A stretch of 64,000 nucleotides of DNA from Dehalococcoidia bacterium (GTDB lineage Bacteria > Chloroflexota > Dehalococcoidia > Tepidiformales > Tepidiformaceae): positions 78,405-142,404 of the forward strand of contig JAGQHB010000024.1 in NCBI GenBank assembly GCA_020432045.1, written 5' to 3'. Shown piece by piece: positions 1 to 9,341 of this stretch. The stretch's first letter is position 1; every line of letters begins with the position of its first letter. A program made the position numbers and the translations under genes. The notes under the pieces were generated by a model. That model was not told the origin of the DNA. It saw nothing but the letters and a program-made list of their open reading frames with translations, and made no database searches.

Positions 1-2264
1 TCGCCAAACAGCACGACCGGCAGGCGGTACCGGTGAGCGAGTTCAAATACGCGATCCTGCTTGTAGTGATTGCGTCCACCCTGTGTTCCCGCCAGAACCG
101 TGTAATCGTAGTGCGCGACGATCGCCCTCGATCGGTCGTCCGGGAACAGGTCACCATTGATGCTGCCCGTCCCCGCGATCAGTCCATCGGCCGGTGTCTC
201 TTTTCGCAGGGTCTCCATGTCGTAGCGTTGGTGCTGGCGCGCCACGACAAGCGGCCAATACTCCAGGAACGAACCCGGATCGAAGAGCTGCGCGATGTTC
301 TCTCGGGGCATCCGTCCCCCGCGTGCGCGGCGCTTGGCCACGGCGTCTGGCCGGTTTTCGTCCAGCGTGTACGCGTGGCGGTCGATGACCTCCTGCAGGT
401 CCGCCCGGATGTGGTCGAGGTCGAGTTCCGCCACGGCAGCGATCGACCCGCCCGTCACGTCTGCCTCCTCGATGAACACGACCGGGTAGCCCTCCCGTAC
501 CACGTCACCCACGCCCATCGTCACCATCCGCACGATCCCGTTCCGGTCAGCCGCGATCACGTGCTCCATCTTCATGGCCTCCATCACCGCCAGCTGCTGG
601 CCCTCCCGCACCTCGTCTCCCACCGCGACATCGATAGAGACGATCGTTCCCTGGATCGGTGCCACGAGGCCATGCGATCCGTCCGGACCGGCGGCAGCTT
701 GTGGGCCCGTTGGCTCAGCGCGCACCGGCTCCGCTGCCTTCACCTGCGCGTCGTGCACGAATAGCGCCAGCGGGTCCCGGCTCGTGACCCTCGCGCCTGC
801 GAATCCTGCGTCCCGCACCCCGGTGTCTGCCGAGGCGGGCTCCACAAACCGCGTCTTCCGCTCGCTTCCGGACGCTGCCAGCTCCGGCATGTGTTCTTCC
901 ACCCACCGCGTGTGGATTTGCCCGGCGGCGAAGTCCGGGTGCGAGATGATCCGCTCCAGGAACGGGATGTTCGTCTTCACTCCTTCGATCCGGAATTCGC
1001 TCAGTGCCCTCAGCGTCCGCGCCGTCGTCGCTCCGAAGTCCGTTGAAGGCGAATGTCCGATCACCTTCGCCAGCAGCGAATCGAACGCGCTGCTCGTCTT
1101 GTAACCGGCATAGCCAAACCCATCGGTGCGCACGCCGGGTCCTCCAGGTGCCTCGTACACGGTCAATGTCCCGCCGCCGGGTCGCACGGATCCATCTGCG
1201 CCGATGGTTTCCATGTTCACCCGTGCCTGGATCGCGTAGCCGCGTGGCCGCGCCACGTCCCGCGCATCGAGGCCCATGTCCGCGAGGGTCTCGCCCTGTG
1301 CCAGCCGGATCTGCGTCTGCACCAGGTCGACACCCGTCACCTGCTCGGTCACCGTGTGTTCAACCTGGAGTCGCGCATTCGCCTCGATGAATACAAACGG
1401 CGGCCGTCCGGCCCGTCCCGAAACGTCCACCAGGAACTCGAACGTCCCCAGGTTGCTGTACTTCACCCCCGAGGCGAACCGCACGGCTGCCAGGATGATC
1501 TGTTCGCGCGTCTCGCTCGCGAGCCCTGGTGCGGGCGCTACCTCCACGACCTTCTGAAACCGCCGCTGCACGCTGCATTCCCGTTCGCCGAGGTGCGCGA
1601 CCGCACCTGTCCGGTCCCCCAGCACCTGCACTTCGACATGCCGCGCCTGCTGGATGAACTCCTCGACGTACACGTCCTCTCGGCCGAATGCAGCCTTCGC
1701 CTCGGACTGACACCGGCGGTATGCCGAGGCGATCTGATCGGCTGTAGTCACCGCGCGAGTCCCCCGTCCCCCACCTCCGGCGACCGCCTTGATGATCATC
1801 GCAGCGCCGTCGCCCAGAGACGCGAAGAACGCCTCTGCCTCTTCCAGGGAGACGCCATGGTCCAAACCCTGTAGCACCGGCACCCCTGCTGCGATTGCTG
1901 CCAACCTCGCCTGCGCCTTGTCCCCGAACAGCGCAAGGTGTTCGATTCCGGGCCCGACGAAGGTCAGTCCTTCTTCTGCGCAACGCCGGGCAAAATCCGC
2001 CCGTTCCGAGAGGAATCCGTAGCCCGGATGAATCGCGTCACAGCCGGTGGCCTTTGCCGCGCCGATCACTGCATCCATATCGAGGTAAGCTGCCGCGCCG
2101 CTACCCGGCATCGCATATGCCTCATCGGCAACACGTACGTGCAGGCTTCGTGCGTCATCACTCGAAGAGATCGCGACCGTCCGCAGCCCCAGGTCCGACG
2201 CACCGCGGGCGATCCGAATGGCAATTTCTCCCCTGTTCGCGATCAGTAACGCTGAAAATGGCAT
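1..2264 (-). CDS. Single-chain biotin-dependent acyl-CoA carboxylase (biotin carboxylase + BCCP + start of carboxyltransferase); 3' end beyond window
   Basis: Absent from the ORF track because there is no stop in the window. My reverse translation from ATG 2264..2262 (GAGGAG about 5 nt upstream) gives MPFSALLIANRGEIAIRIARGASDLGL. It shows the ATP-grasp motif KAVAGGGGRG and the biotinyl motif EAMKMEH (Lys codon 572..570, in frame with the start). Carboxyltransferase-like sequence follows up to the window edge: LFDPGSFLEY...YDYTVLAGTQGGRNHYKQDRV...LPVVLFG. Confidence 0.85.
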   Translation of the reverse strand, partial: MPFSALLIANRGEIAIRIARGASDLGLRTVAISSSDDARSLHVRVADEAYAMPGSGAAAYLDMDAVIGAAKATGCDAIHPGYGFLSERADFARRCAEEGLTFVGPGIEHLALFGDKAQARLAAIAAGVPVLQGLDHGVSLEEAEAFFASLGDGAAMIIKAVAGGGGRGTRAVTTADQIASAYRRCQSEAKAAFGREDVYVEEFIQQARHVEVQVLGDRTGAVAHLGERECSVQRRFQKVVEVAPAPGLASETREQIILAAVRFASGVKYSNLGTFEFLVDVSGRAGRPPFVFIEANARLQVEHTVTEQVTGVDLVQTQIRLAQGETLADMGLDARDVARPRGYAIQARVNMETIGADGSVRPGGGTLTVYEAPGGPGVRTDGFGYAGYKTSSAFDSLLAKVIGHSPSTDFGATTARTLRALSEFRIEGVKTNIPFLERIISHPDFAAGQIHTRWVEEHMPELAASGSERKTRFVEPASADTGVRDAGFAGARVTSRDPLALFVHDAQVKAAEPVRAEPTGPQAAAGPDGSHGLVAPIQGTIVSIDVAVGDEVREGQQLAVMEAMKMEHVIAADRNGIVRMVTMGVGDVVREGYPVVFIEEADVTGGSIAAVAELDLDHIRADLQEVIDRHAYTLDENRPDAVAKRRARGGRMPRENIAQLFDPGSFLEYWPLVVARQHQRYDMETLRKETPADGLIAGTGSINGDLFPDDRSRAIVAHYDYTVLAGTQGGRNHYKQDRVFELAHRYRLPVVLFG

Positions 2265-2302
2265 GACAACTCCTCGGTGAATCCGTTCAAATGCGGCTCG
2301 CG

Positions 2303-4780
2303 CTACGCTTCGGGCGCGAGATCGTCGAGCGTGCCTGTGACACCCGCCCGCACCAGCTCTTCGTACTCGGCATCATCGATGCCAAGCTCCTCCGCGAATA
2401 CCTCGCGGCTGTGCTGGCCGATGCAAGGCGCTCCCCGGAGTGGCGACGACGGCCACTGCTGAAATCGCCACGGCCGCCCCGGCAGCCACGTGATCCCCGC
2501 CTCTGGATGCTCTACTCGCTCGAGAAACCCTGAGGCAACGAAGTTCGGGTCCGGCAGGCTGTAAATCTCGTAGATGGGCACAACTCGAGCCGTGGTCACC
2601 CCGAGTCTTCCCAATGAGGCCTCTGCCCCTTTCGCGTCCTGGCCTGCACACCATTCGGCCACGAGCTCGTCGAGCTCAGCTTCATTCGCCTTCCGCGCTG
2701 CCATCGTGGCGAATCGTGCTTCTCTCAGACGCGGATCCCCGGTGAGTTGGGCGAATGCAGCCCATGCGTCCTCCGTCTCGGTTGCCAGCGCTAGCCACTC
2801 CCCATCGCGAGCGGCGTAGTTGTTGTGCGGCGCGACCCTTGGATGGTGATTTCCCCGCGGCCGCGGCACCCGGCCCGTCGCGTCATACTCCACGATGGCG
2901 TCTCCGCAGACGGCAGCCACCGCCTCCATCATCGACAGATCGATCCGCTGCGGTTCTCCCGTGCGGTCCCGGTGGGCCAGGGCTGCGAGAACCGTCGCTG
3001 CGAAGAGGTAGCCGGAGATCGGGTCCGGGTACAGCCCGCCGGTGTTCTTCCCCGTGTCCCCCTCGTACCCATGTAGCGAAGAAAGCCCCGACATCGGCTC
3101 CGTCGTTGCCCCGTTTCCCGGGTACTCGCGATACGGGCCGTCCGTCCCATAGGCCGAGATCGCCGCCCAGATCATTCCTGGCCGCAACTCATGCAGCTTC
3201 TCCAGCGTGATGCCCCACGACGGCAGCACCGTTGGCCTGAAGTTCTCTGCCACGATGTCGAAGCGCGGGAGCAGCTTCCACAGCATCTCGCGCCCACGTT
3301 CTCTCCGGATGTCCAGCGTGATCTCCCGCTTGTTCAGATTTACGGAGTTGTACAGTCCCTGCGTATTCCGGGGATGTTGCACGCGACCACGATCGAGCAC
3401 ACCGGCCGGCACGTGCCCCCGCACACGTCGCCATGTGTCCGTCCGGTGCAACGAAGCGATCTGCACGACATCGGCGCCGAGCAACGCCAGCAGCTCTGTC
3501 CCAAAGGTTCCCGACCACGCCTGGGCAAAGCTCAGCACCCGTACACCCTGCAGCGGCCCCTCGCTGAGGGTACTGGCAGAAATACGCGAAGGGTTTCTGC
3601 TCGACTGGTGAGCGAGCGAATGCGTCCACTCTGCAACAAAGGCGCCCCCGTTCTCGCCGACCTGTGGCGCCGGAGCCCGCAGCTGCCAGGGTGATGGTGC
3701 CAGCCGCGCCGGAGCGCCAGCCGCCCGGAGCCGCTTCCCCGCCAGCTCCGTCTCAACGAGGAAATGCCTCGCCGCCAGCTGTGGGTCGTTCACGATGTCG
3801 TGAGTGTCCTGGAGCACGCCGCTGATGCACCGGAGCGCTGCCAGGCCATGGAACACCGGCCACCGCTCCATATCTGCGAGCGTTCGCGACGTGCCCGCCA
3901 CGACGGCTGAAAGGTCCTTGGAATGGCGCCCTTCGTCCGGGATAAGGTCCGCTCGCTCACCGAGTTCAGGAAGCCCCAGCAGCTGCATCGCCGCTGCCCA
4001 ATTGTGGAAATCGCCGAACCCAAAGTTCATCTGGCCATCGGCGGCATCCCAGAGTGGACCTGGCTCGCCCCGGTAACGCCCACCGCCAGGCCCGTTGCAG
4101 AAACCCGTGGCCTCGTAGACTGCCGCCACCGCCCACGGGTGCACAGTCAGCGCGAGAGCCTCGATTTCGCTCACATCCACCATCTCCGCCTGGTCTGCGA
4201 CGTCCCGCCGCCGGAGCGCGGCAGCGGCTGCCAGGAACCCGGCCACACCACCCACGTAACCCGCCTGTTCCCGCGGCATCTGTAGCGGTGGCTCTTCCCG
4301 GTACCCGTTGATGAAGGACCAGCCGGTCCGTGCGCTCGCCGTCAGGTTGTTGCCCGCCCTCCCGGTAAGAGGTGACGTAAGGCCATGAGGCGTGATCGAA
4401 AGATGCACCGCCTCCCGCGAAAGGCCCGGCAATGCACCCGCGAACCATGCTTCTCCGGGCGGGTCGGCGTTGGTGACCAACACGTCCGCCTTCGCCAGGA
4501 GATCCGGAATTCCAGCCGCGTTCTCGACGACCAACGACCGCTTATTCCAGTTCACATATGCGTGCAGGACGCCCCGGTCGGAACCTTCGGCGTCGTCCAC
4601 AAACGGAGGCTCCCGTCGCAGTGCGTGGCCGTCTGGCCGCTCGACAAGCATGACGTCGGCGCCGAAGTCACCAAACAATCGCGCGGCGAACGCCCCCGAA
4701 ACACGGCTAGAGAGGTCTACCACCCGCAAACCCGTATAGGGCGCGATCACACTCCCGGGTCGCACATTCGTGGCGGCCAA
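2303..4780 (-). CDS. Family III CoA-transferase, tandem two-domain fusion (825 aa)
   Basis: Two CaiB/Frc-type N-terminal signatures: LRVVDLSSRVSGAFAARLFGDFGADVMLVERP near aa 17 and VRVLSFAQAWSGTFGTELLALLGADVVQI near aa 415. The listed start is TTG at 4780, with GTG alternatives at 4765 and 4750, so the 5' end is uncertain. Confidence 0.85.
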   Translation of the reverse strand: MAATNVRPGSVIAPYTGLRVVDLSSRVSGAFAARLFGDFGADVMLVERPDGHALRREPPFVDDAEGSDRGVLHAYVNWNKRSLVVENAAGIPDLLAKADVLVTNADPPGEAWFAGALPGLSREAVHLSITPHGLTSPLTGRAGNNLTASARTGWSFINGYREEPPLQMPREQAGYVGGVAGFLAAAAALRRRDVADQAEMVDVSEIEALALTVHPWAVAAVYEATGFCNGPGGGRYRGEPGPLWDAADGQMNFGFGDFHNWAAAMQLLGLPELGERADLIPDEGRHSKDLSAVVAGTSRTLADMERWPVFHGLAALRCISGVLQDTHDIVNDPQLAARHFLVETELAGKRLRAAGAPARLAPSPWQLRAPAPQVGENGGAFVAEWTHSLAHQSSRNPSRISASTLSEGPLQGVRVLSFAQAWSGTFGTELLALLGADVVQIASLHRTDTWRRVRGHVPAGVLDRGRVQHPRNTQGLYNSVNLNKREITLDIRRERGREMLWKLLPRFDIVAENFRPTVLPSWGITLEKLHELRPGMIWAAISAYGTDGPYREYPGNGATTEPMSGLSSLHGYEGDTGKNTGGLYPDPISGYLFAATVLAALAHRDRTGEPQRIDLSMMEAVAAVCGDAIVEYDATGRVPRPRGNHHPRVAPHNNYAARDGEWLALATETEDAWAAFAQLTGDPRLREARFATMAARKANEAELDELVAEWCAGQDAKGAEASLGRLGVTTARVVPIYEIYSLPDPNFVASGFLERVEHPEAGITWLPGRPWRFQQWPSSPLRGAPCIGQHSREVFAEELGIDDAEYEELVRAGVTGTLDDLAPEA

Positions 4781-4960
4781 ACGGCTACCGGACCCACGTG
4801 TCAGAGGGTCCTGTGACCCTGAATCGGTACGTGCTTCGCTTCACGCCGCAATACTGTGGCGAAGCATGTCGCTCGTCCAGCACGCCGCCTCGTAGAAAGA
4901 AGCAGCCTGGCCCGCCGAACGGCCCCGTGACCCCATCGTGCGCACTGTCACTCGCTGGCC

Positions 4961-6367
4961 CTAGTCGGCCTTCGCCGGCCGCTCCGTGGCTGGTGCATCG
5001 GTCGACTCCCCATTGCCCGCCGCTCCAGAAGCCGCAGAACCTGCTCGCCCGCCGTCGCGCACCTCGCGGAGCGTCGTGCCGATTGCTGGGCTTAGGTCGC
5101 CAGTCTTGGGCGTGCCAATCCGCTGCGAAAGGTAGATCCCTCGGTGACCGCTCACCAGGTAGGCCACGAAGCACGCCAACGCCAGGTACGGAGCCGCGTT
5201 GCCGCCAAACAGTTCGATTCCCATGATCGTGCACGCGAGTGGCGTGTTCGCCGCCGCCCCGAACACGGCCACGAAGCCCATCCCGGCGAACAGGTCAGCC
5301 GGACCGTCCAGGAGTGCAGCGACACGGTTCCCTAGAGTCGCGCCAATAAAGAACAGCGGTGTGACCTCGCCACCCTTGAACCCGCTCCCCAGCGCCAGTG
5401 CCGTGAAGGCGATCTTCCACCACCACGAAAACGGGTCCGCACCCCCGCGTTCGAAGCTGGACACGATCGTTGTTGCCCCTGCTTCTGGTGAGGTCACGCC
5501 GAGCCCGAGGTAGTCGCGTGTCCCCAGCAGGTACACCAGCGCTATCGTCAGTGCTCCTCCAACAACCGGCCGGAACAGCGGGTTCTTGATCGATCGACGG
5601 AAGACCTGGCCCAGTCCATGCGTGAGCTCCGTAAAGAACAGTGCTGCAAGTCCAAACGCCACGCCGCCCAGTGCAACCTTCCCCATGAGCAGCGCGCTGA
5701 ACGGCAGGCTGCCATCGCGGGCAACGATTGAGACGTGATACGCGGTGTGGTGTGCGTCCCAGGCGGCCGCCGTGAAATCGGCTGCGAGTGCCGCATAGAG
5801 CACCGGAATCAGTGCCCCGTACTCCATCCTTCCAACTGCCAGCACCTCCATCGCAAACACCGCTCCCGCGAGCGGTGTGCCGAATACTGCCCCGAACCCT
5901 GCTGCGACGCCCGCCATCAGCAGTGTCCGGAGATCCTCTGGCCCAACGCGAAACACACGGTCGAACGCGCTCGCGATTCCTCCGCCCATCTGCACGGCGG
6001 TACCCTCCCGGCCGACCGATGCCCCAAACAGGTGCGCTAGGACCGTGGTGCCAAAGATGAGCGGCGTGATCCGTGGTGGGATTCCGCCACCGGGCGTGTG
6101 GATTTCGTCCACGATCAAGTTATTCCCACCCTCCACCGCACGCCCGAAACGGTGGTAAGCTGCCGCGCTCAAGAGCCCTGCCGCTGGCAACAGGAACAGG
6201 AGCCACCCATGCTCCCAGCGTGTCTCTGTGGCCCACTTTAGTGACCACAGAAACGCCGCGGATGCCGTGCCAACGACAAAGGCAACCGGCGTCAGCATCA
6301 GGAGCCACCGGGCCAGGTACCGTGCCACCGCGACCTGTTCGCGCAGACTCGAACGGATACGCATCAT
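4961..6367 (-). CDS. CLC-family channel/antiporter of the fluoride-specific CLC-F type
   Basis: 468-aa polytopic membrane protein. It carries GNNLI, GREGTAVQMG and GGEVTPLFFIGA in place of the canonical chloride-CLC filter motifs. A fluoride riboswitch lies directly upstream on the same strand. Confidence 0.85.
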   Translation of the reverse strand: MMRIRSSLREQVAVARYLARWLLMLTPVAFVVGTASAAFLWSLKWATETRWEHGWLLFLLPAAGLLSAAAYHRFGRAVEGGNNLIVDEIHTPGGGIPPRITPLIFGTTVLAHLFGASVGREGTAVQMGGGIASAFDRVFRVGPEDLRTLLMAGVAAGFGAVFGTPLAGAVFAMEVLAVGRMEYGALIPVLYAALAADFTAAAWDAHHTAYHVSIVARDGSLPFSALLMGKVALGGVAFGLAALFFTELTHGLGQVFRRSIKNPLFRPVVGGALTIALVYLLGTRDYLGLGVTSPEAGATTIVSSFERGGADPFSWWWKIAFTALALGSGFKGGEVTPLFFIGATLGNRVAALLDGPADLFAGMGFVAVFGAAANTPLACTIMGIELFGGNAAPYLALACFVAYLVSGHRGIYLSQRIGTPKTGDLSPAIGTTLREVRDGGRAGSAASGAAGNGESTDAPATERPAKAD

Positions 6368-6428
6368 CCGGCCCGCCCCGAGAGTCGTTCGTTGCTTCGA
6401 GAGATCGTCGTTCGGTTCAGGGCACGCA

Positions 6429-6510
6429 CTCCTACGATTTCGTAGGAGTCATCAGCTCTCCTGGCGCACAGTCGCACGGAGAGCGGTTAACGGCAGGACC
6501 CCATCGCCGG
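6429..6510 (-). ncRNA. Fluoride riboswitch (crcB RNA motif) with downstream competing hairpin
   Basis: Minus-strand RNA reads GGCGAUGGGGUCCUGCCGUUAACCGCUCUCC(loop)GGAGAGCUGAUGACUCCUAC. This matches the conserved GGCGAUGG...AACCGC...GCUGAUGACUCCUAC core. GGGGU can pseudoknot with ACUCC, and P3 is GCUCUCC/GGAGAGC. The 3' CUCCUAC can alternatively pair in the hairpin CUCCUACGAAAUCGUAGGAG (6448..6429). The element sits about 60 nt upstream of the CLC-F start. Confidence 0.85.
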
Positions 6511-6566
6511 ATCCGGACGATAGTCCGATATCGTTGTTCGGAAAAGCGCTGCGCTGCCACCACGCC

Positions 6567-7139
6567 TCAATCACCGGTCCCGAACGCTTCATCGAGAGCC
6601 GCAGCCCGGCTGAGCCGCTCTCCCACGAGCTGCCTGAAAAGGCCCAGCTGCGGTGCGAATCGCGCTTCCCAGTCGCCCGTGATCGTCCCGTCTCCCGCCA
6701 GGCCACGGTCATACGGCGGGCTGGGCCGTTTCTCCGCGAGCAAAAGAAACAGCTCTCTCCAGAGTGTGAGAACCGCCCCCGAAGGCGCTGCATCGCTCCA
6801 TCGCAACGTCCGTTCCTGCATGAACCAGGCTGCCCACTGGTGGTCCCATGACTGTTCCAGCAACTGCACGCGCGCATCTTCGTGCCAGAACGGCTGCAGC
6901 AACGCTTCCCGTTCAATTCCCTGGTGGTCCGCCCAGAGATACCCGTCGATGCGCAACGCGCACGTTCGCAGGACTTCCAGTTCGGAGACGCCCGCGTTCA
7001 CTCCGTCCGTCCGTGGTCCGTGCTGCCGCTTATAGGGCTCCCCGCCGTCACAGCGCCACTTTAACGCGCCCTCCCCGGCTTGAGCAGCCTCGTGCAGACG
7101 TAACGGCGATCCGCCTTTCCCAGCCGGTATACTGGGCAT
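6567..7139 (-). CDS. Hypothetical protein (190 aa)
   Basis: ORF 6567..7238 trimmed to the internal ATG at 7139 (MPSIPAGKGG...) so it does not overlap the divergent hydrolase gene. Composition is protein-like (WRCDGGEPYKRQHG...WADHQGIEREALLQPFWHED) but I recognise no family. Confidence 0.45.
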   Translation of the reverse strand: MPSIPAGKGGSPLRLHEAAQAGEGALKWRCDGGEPYKRQHGPRTDGVNAGVSELEVLRTCALRIDGYLWADHQGIEREALLQPFWHEDARVQLLEQSWDHQWAAWFMQERTLRWSDAAPSGAVLTLWRELFLLLAEKRPSPPYDRGLAGDGTITGDWEARFAPQLGLFRQLVGERLSRAAALDEAFGTGD

Positions 7140-7154
7140 GATTCGTGCGTCCCC

Positions 7155-7970
7155 ATGGGCGCGCGGCGCGAGGGGGAGAGGTTGGATCGACGCGAGGCGA
7201 CCCTCGAACCCATCACCGATCCGTTCTTCGGCGACCATTCAGTCCAGCCCGTTGCGACTGCGATTGCGGACGAGTTCCGTCATTCCGGTGACTGGTTCTG
7301 TCTCCGTATGTCGCCCGTGTACTACGGAATCGGCGTCCCACGCGGTAGTCGCGAGCCCGTCGTCCTCGTCCCTGGCTTCTTTGGTGTCGACCTCACGATG
7401 GCCGAGATGTACTGGTGGCTATGGCGAATTGGCTACTCGCCCTACTATTCCGGGCTCGGATTGAACGTCGACTGCCCCGATGCTTCCGCAGACGCACTCG
7501 TGGGAGTTGTCCGCCGCGCAGTCCGCGAATCCGGGGGCCAGCAAGTGCGGATCGTTGGACACAGCCTCGGCGGCCTGCTTGCCCGCAGCGTCGCGATCGA
7601 CCATCCCCATCTCGTCGAGATGCTGATCTCCCTCGGCTCCCCATTTAACGATGTCGCCCGTGTGCATCCACTGCTGATCGAAGCGATGGCCGCCGTCCGC
7701 AGCCGGGCTGGCCAGCACCCCGTACGCCGCATGCAGCCCACCTGCTACAGCGGCCATTGCAGTTGCGCCTTCACAAAGAACCTCCTCCAGGGCAAGCACG
7801 GCGGCTTCCGCAAGTACGCCCTCTACGCCCGGCATGACGGGCTCGTCGACTGGACCAGCTGCATCGAGACCGACCCCACGCTCAACTTCGGGATCTCGAC
7901 CTCCCACAACGGCCTCATCACAAACGCAGAGGCGTTCAGCCAGATAGCTGAACGCCTCGCAAATGGGTAG
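7155..7970 (+). CDS. Alpha/beta hydrolase, lipase-like
   Basis: Nucleophile elbow GHSLGG preceded by VVLVPGFFG. An alternative start exists at 7308 (MSPVYYG). Confidence 0.7.
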   Translation: MGARREGERLDRREATLEPITDPFFGDHSVQPVATAIADEFRHSGDWFCLRMSPVYYGIGVPRGSREPVVLVPGFFGVDLTMAEMYWWLWRIGYSPYYSGLGLNVDCPDASADALVGVVRRAVRESGGQQVRIVGHSLGGLLARSVAIDHPHLVEMLISLGSPFNDVARVHPLLIEAMAAVRSRAGQHPVRRMQPTCYSGHCSCAFTKNLLQGKHGGFRKYALYARHDGLVDWTSCIETDPTLNFGISTSHNGLITNAEAFSQIAERLANG

Positions 7971-7991
7971 CCGGGAACTCGCTCGGGAGGG

Positions 7992-8459
7992 TTAGGACTT
8001 CGCGCTCGCTGCACCGGTGAACATATTCACGCTGCTCTGGATGAACTCCGCAAACGGGTTCGCAGCGATCCACTCCCGCGAGAGAGCGGCCGCGGCCTCG
8101 CCGGCCGATTTGCTTGCCGCCATCAGCGTGTCGAGCGTCTCGCGCGCTTCCGTGCCGGCGGCCACAGACTCCCTGTATGCCATCTGCGCGAATTCCAGTG
8201 CCTGGCTCTGCGCCGTGGCTGTTGCTTCCATCACAGACGTGTACGCGAGGCCTACGTTGCTGGGCTCGGCAGCCACCTTCTTCGCCATCTCAATCGTCGC
8301 ACGCTGCCGCTTCACGACGTCGGCGAGGTACTGCTGCGAGATCTTGAGACCTCGTTCGCCGGCCTGTTCGGCAGCCTTCGTCATCGCGTCATAGCTCGTC
8401 AGCAGTGCGTCGAAGTACTCGCGGGTGCGGGTTTCTGTGGTCATTTCTGCAGCCTCCAT
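7992..8459 (-). CDS. Phasin-like PHA granule-associated protein
   Basis: 155-aa Ala/Glu-rich helical protein, divergent from the PadR-phaE-phaC operon. The call rests on composition plus context. Confidence 0.6.
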   Translation of the reverse strand: MEAAEMTTETRTREYFDALLTSYDAMTKAAEQAGERGLKISQQYLADVVKRQRATIEMAKKVAAEPSNVGLAYTSVMEATATAQSQALEFAQMAYRESVAAGTEARETLDTLMAASKSAGEAAAALSREWIAANPFAEFIQSSVNMFTGAASAKS

Positions 8460-8547
8460 GAACTGTCTGCACGTAACCTAAAGCCCTTCGCATCTAAGTG
8501 CAAGATGCATATTGCTTTAAGCGGCACATAGAGACATACTCGGGACT

Positions 8548-8952
8548 ATGAGCCCATCCGAAAAGCGCTCGCCCGCTGAGAAATCCCCACCCTTCGCCGA
8601 GCCACGCCTCAACGGCGACCTGCTCGCGACGAGCCTCCTGGCGTTCCTCAAGAGCTACAACGCCTATGGCTATCAACTCTCCCAGCAACTGGCCGGTGCT
8701 GGTCTCCCGCAGTTCGATTCCGGCACGGTCTACCGCACGCTTCGCCAGCTTGAGAAGTCGGGCATGGTCTCATCGTTCTGGGATACCTCGGCCAATGGTC
8801 CGGCCCGTCGCATGTACAGCCTCACCAGGGCCGGCGACGTGTTCCTCGGCAGCTGGATCGAGACCATGCAGCGCTACCAGGCAGTGCTCACCACGGCCCT
8901 GACCGGGTTTGCTCTAGCGGACCAGAAGCCAGCGAAACCGGAGGAATCATGA
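8548..8952 (+). CDS. PadR family transcriptional regulator
   Basis: Winged-helix signature YGYQLSQQLAGAGLPQFDSGTVYRTLRQLEKSGMVSSFW...RRMYSLTRAG. Confidence 0.85.
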   Translation: MSPSEKRSPAEKSPPFAEPRLNGDLLATSLLAFLKSYNAYGYQLSQQLAGAGLPQFDSGTVYRTLRQLEKSGMVSSFWDTSANGPARRMYSLTRAGDVFLGSWIETMQRYQAVLTTALTGFALADQKPAKPEES

Positions 8953-9326
8953 CCAGCCAGCAGCAATCACCCAACCCCGATTTCGCCGCCGCGTGGCGCG
9001 ACTGGCTCAGCAAGTCTGAGGGCCAGTGGAACAACTATCTAAACCAGGTCATGGGCACTCCCGAGTTCAGCCAGAGTGCTGGCCGTTCGATGGACCTCTA
9101 CCTTCACTTCCAGCGCACCATGAACGAAGCAATGGGCGCCTGGTTTACGGCGATTAATGTCCCCACACGAAACGACGTCCTCGAACTCGGCGAGCGCCTC
9201 CTCGAGATCGAAGGCCGGCTCGCTGCAATCGAAGCTGCCCTCTCCCGGGTGACTGGCCCGGCTAACGACGAACACCCATCGCGTCCACCGCGAACCAAGC
9301 GGCCGCCCACTCCTTCCAGTTCCTGA
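8949..9326 (+). CDS. phaE: PHA synthase small subunit, PhaE/PhaR-like (short, 125 aa)
   Basis: The ATG overlaps the padR stop (ATGA). The C-terminal segment NVPTRNDVLELGERLLEIEGRLAAIE resembles the conserved PhaE/PhaR helix. It lies immediately upstream of phaC. Confidence 0.6.
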   Translation: MTSQQQSPNPDFAAAWRDWLSKSEGQWNNYLNQVMGTPEFSQSAGRSMDLYLHFQRTMNEAMGAWFTAINVPTRNDVLELGERLLEIEGRLAAIEAALSRVTGPANDEHPSRPPRTKRPPTPSSS

Positions 9327-9341
9327 ACTCATCGTAATGCG

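Noticed and set aside
33-1874. Several plus-strand ORFs (243, 176 and 273 aa) at the left edge
   Set aside because: All lie antisense to the open minus-strand carboxylase frame. That frame is missing from the track only because it has no stop in the window. Its BC and biotinyl motifs are in frame with the ATG at 2264.
6429-6448. Hairpin after the fluoride aptamer as a classical intrinsic terminator
   Set aside because: The stem is perfect, but it is followed by UGCGUGCCC rather than a U-tract. It is annotated only as a competing structure.
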